Shown: positions 34,244-44,061 of the stretch, in pieces
Numbering within the stretch: the first letter of the stretch is position 1
How the letters are laid out: each line of letters begins with the position of its first letter
DNA from: Candidatus Planktophila sp.
GTDB lineage: Bacteria > Actinomycetota > Actinomycetes > Nanopelagicales > Nanopelagicaceae
Length of the DNA: 64,000 nt
Assembly (NCBI GenBank): GCA_041687825.1
Contig: JBDNJI010000028.1
Span: 8,707-72,706 of the forward strand
Reading direction: 5' to 3'
Made by a program: the position numbers and the translations under genes
The notes under the pieces: model-generated
Databases searched by the model: none
What the model saw: the letters and a program-made list of their open reading frames with translations, nothing else
What the model was told of the DNA's origin: nothing

Positions 34244-34315
34244 GGACGATTGGCTCAGCGGTAGAGCACCACATTGACATTGTGGGGGTCACTGGTTCGA
34301 TCCCAGTATCGTCCA
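34244..34315 (+). tRNA. tRNA-Val (GAC)
   Basis: Acceptor GGACGAT/ATCGTCC, anticodon arm CCACA-TTGACAT-TGTGG, GGTTCGATC. Confidence 0.96.
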
Positions 34316-34335
34316 CTGTTGCTAGAGTTTGGCAC

Positions 34336-34938
34336 ATGATTGCTGTCATCCCGGGTCTGATTTCAGGGCTTGCTCACATCGTCGCCATCGGTGCCCAAAA
34401 TGCCTTTGTCATTCGACAAGGTCTCACCCGAAAACATGTCTTGTTTGTTGTCTTCATCTGTGCGCTTTCGGACGCCATGCTTATTGCAGCTGGTACGGCC
34501 GGGCTCGGTCAACTCATCAAGTCCTTCCCAACGCTGCTTGAAATCATTCGTTGGTTCGGCGTTCTCTATCTTTCATGGTTTGGCTTTAAAAGTCTGGCAA
34601 ATGCGCTAAAAAGTCAGTCCTTAACAATCGCCGACAAAGCAGAAGTTTCGAAAAAGAACGTTCTTATCGCTGCTCTCGGATTCACCTTTCTCAATCCTCA
34701 CGTCTATCTCGACACAGTAATTCTCTTAGGGTCGTTGGCAAACCAGTGGGCTTCAGATAAATGGTTCTTTGCTACTGGGGCAATGGTTGCGAGTATCGCT
34801 TGGTTCTCGTTTATTGGTTTTGCTTCGCGATTTGCCTCACGCTTTATGACAGCGGCGAAGTTCTGGAAGATTCTCGATACCGTCATCGCTTTGGTGATGT
34901 TTACGCTCGCGCTTACGTTGGCTCTCTACGATTTTTAG
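34336..34938 (+). CDS. LysE/ArgO family amino acid exporter
   Basis: AIGAQNAFVIRQG, TFLNPHVYLDTV. Start set at ATG 34336 because the track's start lies inside tRNA-Val. Confidence 0.92.
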   Translation: MIAVIPGLISGLAHIVAIGAQNAFVIRQGLTRKHVLFVVFICALSDAMLIAAGTAGLGQLIKSFPTLLEIIRWFGVLYLSWFGFKSLANALKSQSLTIADKAEVSKKNVLIAALGFTFLNPHVYLDTVILLGSLANQWASDKWFFATGAMVASIAWFSFIGFASRFASRFMTAAKFWKILDTVIALVMFTLALTLALYDF

Positions 34939-35560
34939 AATTTCGCTCTTTCAGAATCTCGATTGCCACAGGGATTAAACTCATACCTACAATCAAAACC
35001 ACCAATGGAAGTAGATACTTCTTAGCTGAGAGTTGTAGAGCATCGCCTAGTAAAAATCCAACCCCCATGAGCGATTGAGTCCAAATGACTCCACTCACCG
35101 CGTTCCAGAAACTAAATTGACGTCTACTCAATCCGATAATTCCGCATGTTGGGTTAATCAGAGTGCGAACCAACGGCACAAAACGCCCAAGGATTAACGC
35201 TTTTCCCGGACCGTATCTGCGTAACCACTTCTCGGTGGCAGCAACATTTGCCTTATTGAATACTCGCCCCTCCGGTCGATTGAAGAACTTGGCACCATAT
35301 TTATGTCCAGACCAATAACCAACTTCCCCACCAATAATTGCCATCACTGGAGCTAGTAAGAAAAGAAGTGGCGCTGATAATTGTGCACTGCCCAATATGG
35401 CAACGCCAGCACTGGAGGCAGCAAGACCAGCTAAAAATAGGAGCGTATCTCCACCTGGCAATACCAGCCCAACGAGTAGCCCCGTCTCAGCAAAAATCAT
35501 TGCAAGGACGCCAAGTAAGCCGAGGTTCGCAACTATCGAATTGGCATCAAAGATATTCAT
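34913..35560 (-). CDS. DedA family membrane protein
   Basis: FAETGLLVG-x2-LPGGDTLLF-x-AG, GRFVPLVRT. Confidence 0.92.
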   Translation of the reverse strand: MNIFDANSIVANLGLLGVLAMIFAETGLLVGLVLPGGDTLLFLAGLAASSAGVAILGSAQLSAPLLFLLAPVMAIIGGEVGYWSGHKYGAKFFNRPEGRVFNKANVAATEKWLRRYGPGKALILGRFVPLVRTLINPTCGIIGLSRRQFSFWNAVSGVIWTQSLMGVGFLLGDALQLSAKKYLLPLVVLIVGMSLIPVAIEILKERNSKNRREPT

Positions 35561-35589
35561 ATTGTGGCTTAACTACTCGTTCCTAATTA

Positions 35590-36348
35590 TTACTTCGTGG
35601 GTGAAATGACTGCCGTGCCTTTTTCATGAGCGAGAATTGTCAAAGTGTGACCGGGTAGAGCGCTTAAAAAAGATTCAGCAAGTTTGCGTTCTTCTGGACG
35701 ATCAACATCATCGAGAACGATTGTCGCCTGCGGTGAAAGTAGTGAGAGCAGATGCTCAATGGCAGGGTAACGAGCATCAGGATTGGTGGAGCTCGGTGGG
35801 CCGTCTATTACAAGTAAATCAATCTTTGCTAAACCCTTGAGGCTTTTCTTGGAATACCAGCGATATCCCGATGGATAACTCTCTAACTCCTCGATACGCA
35901 CATCGACGCCTCGGACGCCGTGCGCAGTAAGCATCTTTCGTGTCTGCTCACCGAATTCAATGGTGTGATCAAAACTAATAATTTTCTTTGCACCAGACTT
36001 TGCCAGCACCAGTGTAGAGACACCAGAACCAAGTTCGACGGTGAGTTTTGGCCGATTTATTTTTGCAATCTGGGAGAGAGTCAGAAGGAAATCTGGTGAT
36101 GCTGCCCACCCACGAGATGGCGGGATAGGAGCGGTGAGTTTAAGTCTCGGTAGAAGTTGTTCGATCGCTTCGATCTGACGATACATATCTGCCAGATCAC
36201 TTTTGATAACTTGAGTTTGTCCCTTAAGTTCTTTCGAGACCCGATCCGCATTTTTCCCAAGCCGGCGATGAACTGCCCGCAAACTCCTGATCTGATATCC
36301 AGAGAGAATTATCAGTGCGCTAAGGAGAAGGATGACCACTATTTCCAT
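35590..36348 (-). CDS. Membrane-anchored class I SAM-dependent methyltransferase (Methyltransf_24-like)
   Basis: N-terminal TM, VELGSGVST motif I, LVIDGPP, VLDD. Start set at ATG 36348 (TATGAT -10). Confidence 0.8.
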   Translation of the reverse strand: MEIVVILLLSALIILSGYQIRSLRAVHRRLGKNADRVSKELKGQTQVIKSDLADMYRQIEAIEQLLPRLKLTAPIPPSRGWAASPDFLLTLSQIAKINRPKLTVELGSGVSTLVLAKSGAKKIISFDHTIEFGEQTRKMLTAHGVRGVDVRIEELESYPSGYRWYSKKSLKGLAKIDLLVIDGPPSSTNPDARYPAIEHLLSLLSPQATIVLDDVDRPEERKLAESFLSALPGHTLTILAHEKGTAVISPTK

Positions 36349-36423
36349 GGCTAAATCATAAGGCGCACAGTCGTTGAAATGAGGAATCATCGCTCGCGCC
36401 CGCCGTGAGATTAGGATCAGACT

Positions 36424-36933
36424 ATGAAGACAATCACAGTTGCGATGGTCTGCTTGGGAAATATTTGTAGATCTCCTATGGCGGCTGCGGTTCTATCAAA
36501 TCGAAAGCAAGAGCTTGCAGCGATTGATCTCATTGTGACAAGTTCAGGTACCGGGCCGTGGCACATCGGAGAAGGTGCGCATCCAACTTCACGACTCGTG
36601 TGGGAGAAGGCTGGATATTCACACCAGCATACGGCTTCACAATTTCGCCCCAATGATTACTTCACACATGACTACATCCTTGTTATGGATTCGAGTAACC
36701 GAGCGAACGTGTTAGACCTTGCTACGAGCCAGCAAGACAGAGAAAAGGTTTTTTATCTTCGTTCTTTTGATCCTGAACTGCGAGCAATCGATCCTGAATC
36801 TGCTGACTTTGTAAAGCTTGAGATACCAGATCCATACAACCAATCAGAGGCCGCTTATCAATCTGTATTGGAGATGATTGAGCAATCTGTCGGTGGCCTC
36901 CTTGAGCACCTTAAAGCAGGCCACGTCGCTTAA
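36424..36933 (+). CDS. Low-molecular-weight protein tyrosine phosphatase
   Basis: VCLGNICRSP P-loop and IPDPY. Confidence 0.94.
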   Translation: MKTITVAMVCLGNICRSPMAAAVLSNRKQELAAIDLIVTSSGTGPWHIGEGAHPTSRLVWEKAGYSHQHTASQFRPNDYFTHDYILVMDSSNRANVLDLATSQQDREKVFYLRSFDPELRAIDPESADFVKLEIPDPYNQSEAAYQSVLEMIEQSVGGLLEHLKAGHVA

Positions 36934-38947
36934 GTAGCGGTGTGATTGTCGCTTCCCGACCACGAAAGTTCTTAAACATCTGCATTGAATCAATTGATCC
37001 GCCACGGCTGAGTAACTCGCTTCGGAAGTGGTCTCCATTTTTACGAGTGAGGCCGCCGTTATCTTTAAACCAATCCACTGATTCGGCGTCGAGAACTTCG
37101 CTCCAGATGTATCCGTAATAACCAGCTGAATATCCGCCACCGAAAATATGTGAGAAATAAGTACTGCGGTAGCGAGTTGGAACTGCGTCGTAATCCAGTC
37201 CGTAATCTTTTATTGCGGCGGCTTCAAATGCCTCAACATCCTCTACCTCTTTGCCAACCGGGAGCGAGTGCCAAGCAAGATCTAAAATTGCAGCGGCAAG
37301 ATAACTCGTAGTTGCGTGACCTTCGTTAAATGTTGACGCTTCTTGTAAACGATCAATAATCTCCTGCGGTAACACTTCACCGGTTTGATAATGCTTTGCA
37401 TAATTTGCAACAACCTCCGGCCACAAAATCCACATTTCATTTACCTGAGATGGGAACTCCACGAAATCGCGTTGGACACTTGTGCCTGAGACTCGAGGAT
37501 ACTTAACGCTGGAAAGTAGACCGTGCAGAGCATGACCGAATTCGTGAAAGAGGGTCACAATTTCATCGTAAGTAAGCAGCGTAGCTTCACCCTTGGATGG
37601 TTTTGGAATATTTAGATTATTAACTACAACTGGACGCTGACCAAAGAGGAAATTCTGATCTACCAAGTTGTTCATCCATGCGCCGCCTCGCTTCGAATCG
37701 CGAGTGTAGAAGTCACCAATAAATAGACCCAACGCACTGCCATCCTCGTTAAAGACTTCAAAGGCATGAGCCTCTGGATGGTATGTAACCAGATCGGGAC
37801 GTTCCTTAAAAGTGATTCCAAAGAGCTTCGTAGCAGCAAAGAAAACACCATCGAAGAGAACCCGTTTTAACTCAAAGTATGGTCGCATCGCAGCGGTATC
37901 GATGTTGTATTTATCGAGTCGCACTTTTTCGGTATAGATATCCCAATCCCAACTAGCTAGCGAAAAACTCTCCCCTGCTGAGTCGATCATTTTCTGGATA
38001 TCAGAACCCTCGATACGGGCGTTGCGGACCGCTGCGGGAGCGATCGTGCGAAGCATCGAATGAACATTTTCCACGCTGCCTGCTGTTTGCTCGGAGATAA
38101 TGTAATCAGCATGGGATTTCTTACCAAATATTTCTGCACGATCAGCGCGCAGGGAAGCCATCTGCGTGATAATCACTTTGGTATCTAAATCGTTATCACG
38201 ATTTCCGCGAACAAGAGATGCCCTCATGATCTTCTCTCGCGAAGTCCGATTGTCAAGGCGACCAAGTAGTGGGTTGCCACTGAAATTAACCATCGCTATT
38301 AAATACTTACCCTCGAGCCCTCTGGCTGTGGCGGCATCAGCGGCGGCCTTGATCTCGCCTTCGCTTAACCCAAGAAGCTCACCTGCCGAATCAAAAGCTA
38401 TCGCGCTCTCATTGGTATCTGTCAGCAGATTTTTTGAAAATTGAGTCTCAAGAAACGAGAGTCGTTCATTAATTTTTGACAGGGCCGAACGTTGTTCGCT
38501 GGTCAGTGCAGCACCGGCATATACGAAATCTCGATAGTAGCGATCGAGTAACCAAGCGTCGGCCGGCTCTAGATTCAAAGTTGATACGTTGTCGTGAAGT
38601 GTTTTGATTCGGAAAAAGAGCTCTGGATTCAACTTAATTGCATCTTGGTGCGCAGAAAGCTTCGGTGCAATCTCCTCTTCAATCGCATCGATTCGGTCAT
38701 TTGTGTCACTTGCAGACTTATTGTAGAAAACGAGAAGCATACGACTTAAGATCTGCCCGCTCTTCTCTAACTCAACAATTGTGTTATCAAACGTTGCTTC
38801 CCCAGATCTGATGATCTCTGCTACTTCTTCAAGTTGCACCCGCGTACCCTCGTAAAAGGCTGCTAGATAATGCTCCTCTTTTATGGAGGCAAAATCAGGT
38901 AACTCATAGGACAAGGCGCTTCGATCAAAAAAAGAGTTAATGGACAT
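36911..38947 (-). CDS. dcp: M3 family metallopeptidase (peptidyl-dipeptidase Dcp)
   Basis: KRGGAWM, FHEFGHALH, DFVEFPSQ, FSHIFGGGYSAGYY. Confidence 0.93.
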   Translation of the reverse strand: MSINSFFDRSALSYELPDFASIKEEHYLAAFYEGTRVQLEEVAEIIRSGEATFDNTIVELEKSGQILSRMLLVFYNKSASDTNDRIDAIEEEIAPKLSAHQDAIKLNPELFFRIKTLHDNVSTLNLEPADAWLLDRYYRDFVYAGAALTSEQRSALSKINERLSFLETQFSKNLLTDTNESAIAFDSAGELLGLSEGEIKAAADAATARGLEGKYLIAMVNFSGNPLLGRLDNRTSREKIMRASLVRGNRDNDLDTKVIITQMASLRADRAEIFGKKSHADYIISEQTAGSVENVHSMLRTIAPAAVRNARIEGSDIQKMIDSAGESFSLASWDWDIYTEKVRLDKYNIDTAAMRPYFELKRVLFDGVFFAATKLFGITFKERPDLVTYHPEAHAFEVFNEDGSALGLFIGDFYTRDSKRGGAWMNNLVDQNFLFGQRPVVVNNLNIPKPSKGEATLLTYDEIVTLFHEFGHALHGLLSSVKYPRVSGTSVQRDFVEFPSQVNEMWILWPEVVANYAKHYQTGEVLPQEIIDRLQEASTFNEGHATTSYLAAAILDLAWHSLPVGKEVEDVEAFEAAAIKDYGLDYDAVPTRYRSTYFSHIFGGGYSAGYYGYIWSEVLDAESVDWFKDNGGLTRKNGDHFRSELLSRGGSIDSMQMFKNFRGREATITPLLKRRGLL

Positions 38948-38959
38948 CGATATAACTTT

Positions 38960-39961
38960 CTAAGTGCGTGGGTTTGGACTTATATTTTGCTTAGGATCCA
39001 TCTCTGGAAGTTTTCCAAGCGCTTTATCTATGGCCGCCATTACGCTCTGATCGAGTTTCACACCCGATGCCTTCACGTTCTCTCTCACCTGTGATGGCTT
39101 GGTCGCACCCATAATTGCCGAAGAAACATTGTCGTTCTGTAGTACCCATGCAATGGCAAGCTGTGACATTGAGAGATCTACTGATTCCGCAATCGGCTTT
39201 AACTTTTGAACCGCAGCTAAAACCTCATCCTTCATCCAGCGCGAAATCATTCCTGCGCCACTCTTCTTATCGGTGGCTCTAGAACCAGCTGGCGGTTTAG
39301 CGCCAGGAAGATACTTACCAGTGAGGACGCCCTGTGTAATCGGCGACCATACGATCTGACCAATTCCCTCTTTGCGCGATAGTGGGACAACTTCGGATTC
39401 GATTACACGCCAAAGCGCTGAATATTGTGGCTGACTCGACACAAATCGCGAGAACCCTCGGGCATCTTGGATTTTTAGCGCAGAATCGATCTGGCTGGCG
39501 TTCCATTCGGAGAAGCCGATGTAATTAACTTTTCCTTGACGAATGAGATCTTCAAACGCTTGCAATGATTCATCTAGCGGAGTTTCAAAGTCAAAACGGT
39601 GCATCTGATACAAATCGATGTGGTCAACGTTCAAACGTTTGAGCGAAGCATGAGCAGACTCCATGATGTGCTTACGGGACAACCCGCGATCATTTTTGCC
39701 AGTTCCAGTGGGCCAATACACCTTGGTGAAAAGTTCGTAGGACTCCCGGCGAACTCCCTTGAGCGCCTTACCCAAAACAGTCTCTGCTCGAGTACCGGCA
39801 TAAACGTCGGCGGTATCAAAGGTAGTGATTCCAACATCGAGTGCAGTCTTCACGCACTTAATTGCCGCTTCTTGCTCTACCTGTGAACCGTGTGTGATCC
39901 AGTTACCGTAGGCAATCTCTGAGACATACATTCCGGTACTTCCAAGGCGTCTATATTCCAT
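38960..39961 (-). CDS. Aldo/keto reductase (Kv-beta-like)
   Basis: MEYRRLG, FDTADVY, GLSRKHI, DLYQMHRFD, IGFSEW, QPQYS. Confidence 0.92.
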   Translation of the reverse strand: MEYRRLGSTGMYVSEIAYGNWITHGSQVEQEAAIKCVKTALDVGITTFDTADVYAGTRAETVLGKALKGVRRESYELFTKVYWPTGTGKNDRGLSRKHIMESAHASLKRLNVDHIDLYQMHRFDFETPLDESLQAFEDLIRQGKVNYIGFSEWNASQIDSALKIQDARGFSRFVSSQPQYSALWRVIESEVVPLSRKEGIGQIVWSPITQGVLTGKYLPGAKPPAGSRATDKKSGAGMISRWMKDEVLAAVQKLKPIAESVDLSMSQLAIAWVLQNDNVSSAIMGATKPSQVRENVKASGVKLDQSVMAAIDKALGKLPEMDPKQNISPNPRT

Positions 39962-40024
39962 AGCCATGACACTACGCCATTTCGAGTGTCAAATAAAGGT
40001 TCTCAGCGATATCCTAATCTGATC

Positions 40025-40294
40025 ATGTTCACGAATTTAAAACATAAGTTTGAGACAGTGTGGACCCATCTCCCTCACCCTATTCAATGGTTAATAGTCG
40101 CTCTCGTAGGTACATCGCTAGTGCTAGTTGGAATCGTCTTCCTCTTCATTCCTGGGCCAGGTATTCCACTTATCGTCATCGGGGTTGCGATTCTTGCAAC
40201 TGAATTTGCCTGGGCTGAAGTTGTTTATGCACGTATCAAAGCCCAAACCGACAAGATGACGGTAAAAGCAAAGAAGATTTTCAAGCGCAAATAA
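40025..40294 (+). CDS. PGPGW-domain small membrane protein
   Basis: TM hairpin with IPGPG and LATEFAWA. Confidence 0.8.
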   Translation: MFTNLKHKFETVWTHLPHPIQWLIVALVGTSLVLVGIVFLFIPGPGIPLIVIGVAILATEFAWAEVVYARIKAQTDKMTVKAKKIFKRK

Positions 40295-40327
40295 AACGAT
40301 GTCTCATCCACGCTTTATTATCCAAAC

Positions 40328-41008
40328 ATGACTGAACCGGCCGAAGATTTCGAAGCCTTCGATCTATCTCGGGTTACTTTTGTCGTTTTAGATCTTGAAA
40401 CCTCTGGCGCATCTGCAAAAACCGGTAGCTCCATCACTGAGATCGGTGCCGTCAAAGTACGAGCCGGCGAAATTCTTGGGACCTTTCAAACTTTTATAAA
40501 TCCTGGCACATCGCTGCCGTTCTTTATTTCCGAGTTGACTGGGATTACCGACGAGATGCTCAGTGACGCACCAGTAATCGAGAGCATACTCCCCCTTCTG
40601 TTTGAGTTCATCGGCTCAACCGAAACTGTTTTTGTTGCGCACAACGCCCCCTTTGACCTTTCCTTTCTAAAGGCCGCCTCAGATCTGCACGGATATATCT
40701 GGCCAAATTACCGAGTACTCGACACTGTAAAGGCTGCTCGCTATGTTCTCACCAAAGATGATGTGCCTAACTACCAACTTGGCACACTTGCGGCTTATTT
40801 CCGAACCACAACAACCCCCAGCCACCGAGCTCTCGACGATGCGCTGGCAACAGTTGACGTACTTCATGGAATTATCGAGCGAATGGCAACCTTCGAGATC
40901 AGCACAATCGATAAATTACTCGGTGCTAAAAGTAAGAAAGAGCGAAGCAGTAACGTTCGCAAGGTGGGGCCGCAAAGCAAATATTTTAAGAGGCCAACGA
41001 TTGGGTAA
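40328..41008 (+). CDS. DEDDh 3'-5' exonuclease (DnaQ-like), stand-alone
   Basis: DLETSG, EIGAVK, AHNAPFD, HRALDDA. Confidence 0.9.
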   Translation: MTEPAEDFEAFDLSRVTFVVLDLETSGASAKTGSSITEIGAVKVRAGEILGTFQTFINPGTSLPFFISELTGITDEMLSDAPVIESILPLLFEFIGSTETVFVAHNAPFDLSFLKAASDLHGYIWPNYRVLDTVKAARYVLTKDDVPNYQLGTLAAYFRTTTTPSHRALDDALATVDVLHGIIERMATFEISTIDKLLGAKSKKERSSNVRKVGPQSKYFKRPTIG

Positions 41009-42020
41009 GTTCGATCCAATTATCGAGAAGACGTGAAGTTGCGCCAGAGTCAACCGCTTCAGTAGCACGTATCAGAGCGGCTGCAATTCGCTCCTGAATT
41101 GATTGCGTGAGGTTCCCGTCATATGCCGCAATTGCAGCAGCAGCATTAAGCAATACCGCATCACGAGGGGCTCCTGATTCACCAGCAAAGATAGCTCGAG
41201 TAATTCGCGCATTTTCAATTGCATCTCCTCCGATCAAATCGGTCACAGGAGCGCGCTTTAATCCAAAGTCGCCCGGCTCGATTCGGTCGCTAGTGATTTC
41301 GCCATTTCCAATTGTGAGTACCGATGTTGATGTGGAGAGAGTAATTTCATCGAGTCCATCATCACCACGAAAAACAAATCCATCTACGCCTCTATTTGCT
41401 AATACTTGAGCCATTACCAAATGCATTCTGTCATCGGCCACGCCAATGGCCGCCGCCTGTGGCTTGGCTGGGTTTGCTAGTGGCCCCAATATATTAAAGA
41501 CCGTTGGAACTCCGAGTTCTTTCCGTGCAGGTGCGGCAAATCTCATCGCTGGATGAAAAATTGGTGCAAAACAAAAACCGATTCCGAGTTTGGCAACCGT
41601 CTTTTCGACCGCATCGCCTTGCAGTGAAATCGCTACACCGAGGGCTTCCAACAAATCACCCGATCCTGATTTAGATGATGCAGCGCGATTTCCATGTTTT
41701 ACAACTACCGCTCCGGCCGATGCCGCAATGATGGCCGCAGTAGTAGAGATGTTAATTGTGTGCGCACCATCTCCCCCGGTACCAACGGTATCGACTGCAC
41801 GGACACTAATTTCGATTGCTGCGCTATGACCAAACATCTGATCAACAAGTGCACTTACTTCCTCAGCGCTCTCCCCTTTTGCTTTCAAGGCGAGTAAAAA
41901 CTCTTTTATATCCTTTGTATCAGCTCGGCCCTCCAATATTTCGCCCATCACTTCTGAGATTTGCGCGGCCTCTAAGTCCAAACCATTGCCCAATTTTTCG
42001 ATATAGGCTCTCCACGTCAT
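40986..42020 (-). CDS. trpD: Anthranilate phosphoribosyltransferase
   Basis: DTVGTGGDG, NISTT, KHGNRAASSKSGS, FNILGPL, DGLDE. Confidence 0.98.
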   Translation of the reverse strand: MTWRAYIEKLGNGLDLEAAQISEVMGEILEGRADTKDIKEFLLALKAKGESAEEVSALVDQMFGHSAAIEISVRAVDTVGTGGDGAHTINISTTAAIIAASAGAVVVKHGNRAASSKSGSGDLLEALGVAISLQGDAVEKTVAKLGIGFCFAPIFHPAMRFAAPARKELGVPTVFNILGPLANPAKPQAAAIGVADDRMHLVMAQVLANRGVDGFVFRGDDGLDEITLSTSTSVLTIGNGEITSDRIEPGDFGLKRAPVTDLIGGDAIENARITRAIFAGESGAPRDAVLLNAAAAIAAYDGNLTQSIQERIAAALIRATEAVDSGATSRLLDNWIELTQSLAS

Positions 42021-42038
42021 GGATTAACCGAATTACGA

Positions 42039-42485
42039 CTAAGCCTGAGCGCGCAAAGTTGATGCGCGAAGAAGATTAGCCACAGTTGCCGCCAGCGTAA
42101 ACGGATCTATCGGATGCAGAACACTTGCTTCGGCGCGAGACCAAGTAGCCAACCAAGCATCTTCTTTTCTGGCAGTGATTACCAGCACTGGCGGTGAATT
42201 AAATACTTCATCCTTTAGCTGTCTGGCCACTCCAAGGCCGCCTTCGGGAGCGGCTTCGGCGTCGAGGATGAAAAGATCAATTCCAAGTTCATCAGTTTTG
42301 GCGCGGCCATCTACAAAAAGACGAAGTGCTGGGGCTGTCGCAAACTCTTTGATGACGTGTGGCGCAAACTCTGGTGCTATCCGAGTTCCTAGAGCAGAGG
42401 CGATCTGGGCTCGCACACTCATGTCATCTGAGTAAACCACGATGGTGGGTGGATGCTGAGATGGATTCTGAGATAGCGATGACAT
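42039..42485 (-). CDS. Atypical single-domain response regulator receiver
   Basis: VYSDD, ILDAEAAPEGG, DAWLATWSRA, HPIDP. Confidence 0.75.
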   Translation of the reverse strand: MSSLSQNPSQHPPTIVVYSDDMSVRAQIASALGTRIAPEFAPHVIKEFATAPALRLFVDGRAKTDELGIDLFILDAEAAPEGGLGVARQLKDEVFNSPPVLVITARKEDAWLATWSRAEASVLHPIDPFTLAATVANLLRASTLRAQA

Positions 42486-42532
42486 AAGAGAACTCTACCT
42501 TCCCAAATTGACCTCGCCGGCTGGAAAAATAT

Positions 42533-42548
42533 GGTGATCCGTTTCACC
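42533..42548. promoter_or_regulatory. Candidate CRP/GlxR-type operator
   Basis: GGTGA-TCCGTT-TCACC, matching the GTGA-N6-TCAC core, upstream of ctaE-qcrCAB. Confidence 0.4.
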
Positions 42549-42625
42549 TCAAAGTGGGGTAAATAAGTAGGTATTTCCGGCAATGGAAGAGGCGTAGCGG
42601 ACTCTTTTCGGGAATAATTAGCCTC

Positions 42626-43249
42626 ATGAGCAGCACTACAACATCCCATCAAATCTCAAAGCCCAACGTTGTCGCAGTTGGAACAATCGTCTGGCTATCC
42701 AGTGAGTTGATGTTCTTTGCCGCTCTCTTCGCGATGTACTTCACGACCCGCGCGGTGCAAGGTCCGGCCATCTGGTTGGAATCAACTGAGCTTCTCAATA
42801 TTCCTTTTGCAGCGATCAATACAACTGTTCTGGTTCTCTCTTCCGTGACTTGTCAGTTTGGCGTCTTCGCCGCAGAACGTATGCAGAACAAGCGCGAAGG
42901 TTCACTCTTTCAAATCAGCCGATGGGGTATGCGTGAATGGTTCGCGCTGACATTTCTCATGGGCGCTTTCTTTATAGCGGGTCAAGTTTATGAATATGCA
43001 GAACTTATCCATGAAGGCCTAACTTTATCTTCCAATGCTTACGGTTCGGTTTTCTACTTAGCTACCGGTTTCCACGGCTTGCACGTAACGGGTGGACTGA
43101 TCGCATTCTTAATCGTAATTATTCGCGTTTCAAAGGCACGCAGATTTACACATCAGCAGGCGACAACAACGATTGTTGTCTCTTACTACTGGCACTTCGT
43201 CGATGTTGTATGGATCGCACTTTTCTCTGCGGTCTATCTCATTAAGTAG
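42626..43249 (+). CDS. ctaE: Cytochrome aa3 oxidase subunit III
   Basis: [27 protein letters not shown]. Confidence 0.97.
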   Translation: MSSTTTSHQISKPNVVAVGTIVWLSSELMFFAALFAMYFTTRAVQGPAIWLESTELLNIPFAAINTTVLVLSSVTCQFGVFAAERMQNKREGSLFQISRWGMREWFALTFLMGAFFIAGQVYEYAELIHEGLTLSSNAYGSVFYLATGFHGLHVTGGLIAFLIVIIRVSKARRFTHQQATTTIVVSYYWHFVDVVWIALFSAVYLIK

Positions 43250-43260
43250 ATTGGAAAATA

Positions 43261-44052
43261 ATGAAGCATCTTTCGCGTTATCGCAGACACCGAGGAGTTG
43301 CACCTCTTATCCTCATCTTTGCTCTGCTAGGAATTGGCACTACCTTCCAAGTCGCTGGAGCAACAACTGCAGTGACGATGACCGCAGAAGAAAGAACTGT
43401 CCTGATCCAAGAGGGTCAATCAATTTTCTTACGCGGATGTTCCTCGTGTCATGGACTTAATGCTGAAGGTGGACAGGTTGCGCCATCGTTGATTGGTGTT
43501 GGCGCCGCTTCAGTAGATTTTCAAGTTTCTACTGGTCGTATGCCGATGGCTGATATGAGCCAACAGGCGATGAGAAAAGCACCCGTTTATACCCCAGAAG
43601 AAGTCACTGCACTGGCCGCCTATGTTTCATCGCTAGCCCCTGGCCCAGCTATTCCAGGAGATGAACTTTTGAACTACGAACGTGATGGTTCTATTGCTGA
43701 AGGTGGCGAACTCTTTCGTACCAACTGTGCGATGTGCCATAACTTCGCTGGACAAGGTGGCGCACTGACTCAAGGTAAGTATGCGCCTTCAGTAATGGGT
43801 GTGGAGCCAGTTCATATCTATGAAGCCATGATTACTGGCCCACAAGCTATGCCAGTTTTTTCTGATAAAACTTTAACGCCAGAAGAAAAACTTTCTGTGA
43901 TCAAGTGGATTAAGTCTGCTGAAAACGAACCTCAGCTCGGCGGTTTAGCTCTCGGTCGAGTCGGTCCAGTAACTGAAGGTCTACTTGTCTGGACTCTTGG
44001 TCTGGGTCTTCTTGTCGGAATCGCTGTCTGGCTCACGGCGAAATCAAGATAG
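43261..44052 (+). CDS. qcrC: Diheme cytochrome cc subunit of the bcc complex
   Basis: Two CxxCH motifs (CSSCH, CAMCH), TGRMP, GPVTEG. Confidence 0.97.
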   Translation: MKHLSRYRRHRGVAPLILIFALLGIGTTFQVAGATTAVTMTAEERTVLIQEGQSIFLRGCSSCHGLNAEGGQVAPSLIGVGAASVDFQVSTGRMPMADMSQQAMRKAPVYTPEEVTALAAYVSSLAPGPAIPGDELLNYERDGSIAEGGELFRTNCAMCHNFAGQGGALTQGKYAPSVMGVEPVHIYEAMITGPQAMPVFSDKTLTPEEKLSVIKWIKSAENEPQLGGLALGRVGPVTEGLLVWTLGLGLLVGIAVWLTAKSR

Positions 44053-44061
44053 GAATAAAAA

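Noticed and set aside
33764-41008. Possible integrative island or prophage at the tRNA cluster
   Set aside because: No integrase, transposase, phage gene or duplicated tRNA 3' end is visible, and the genes are ordinary housekeeping or accessory types.
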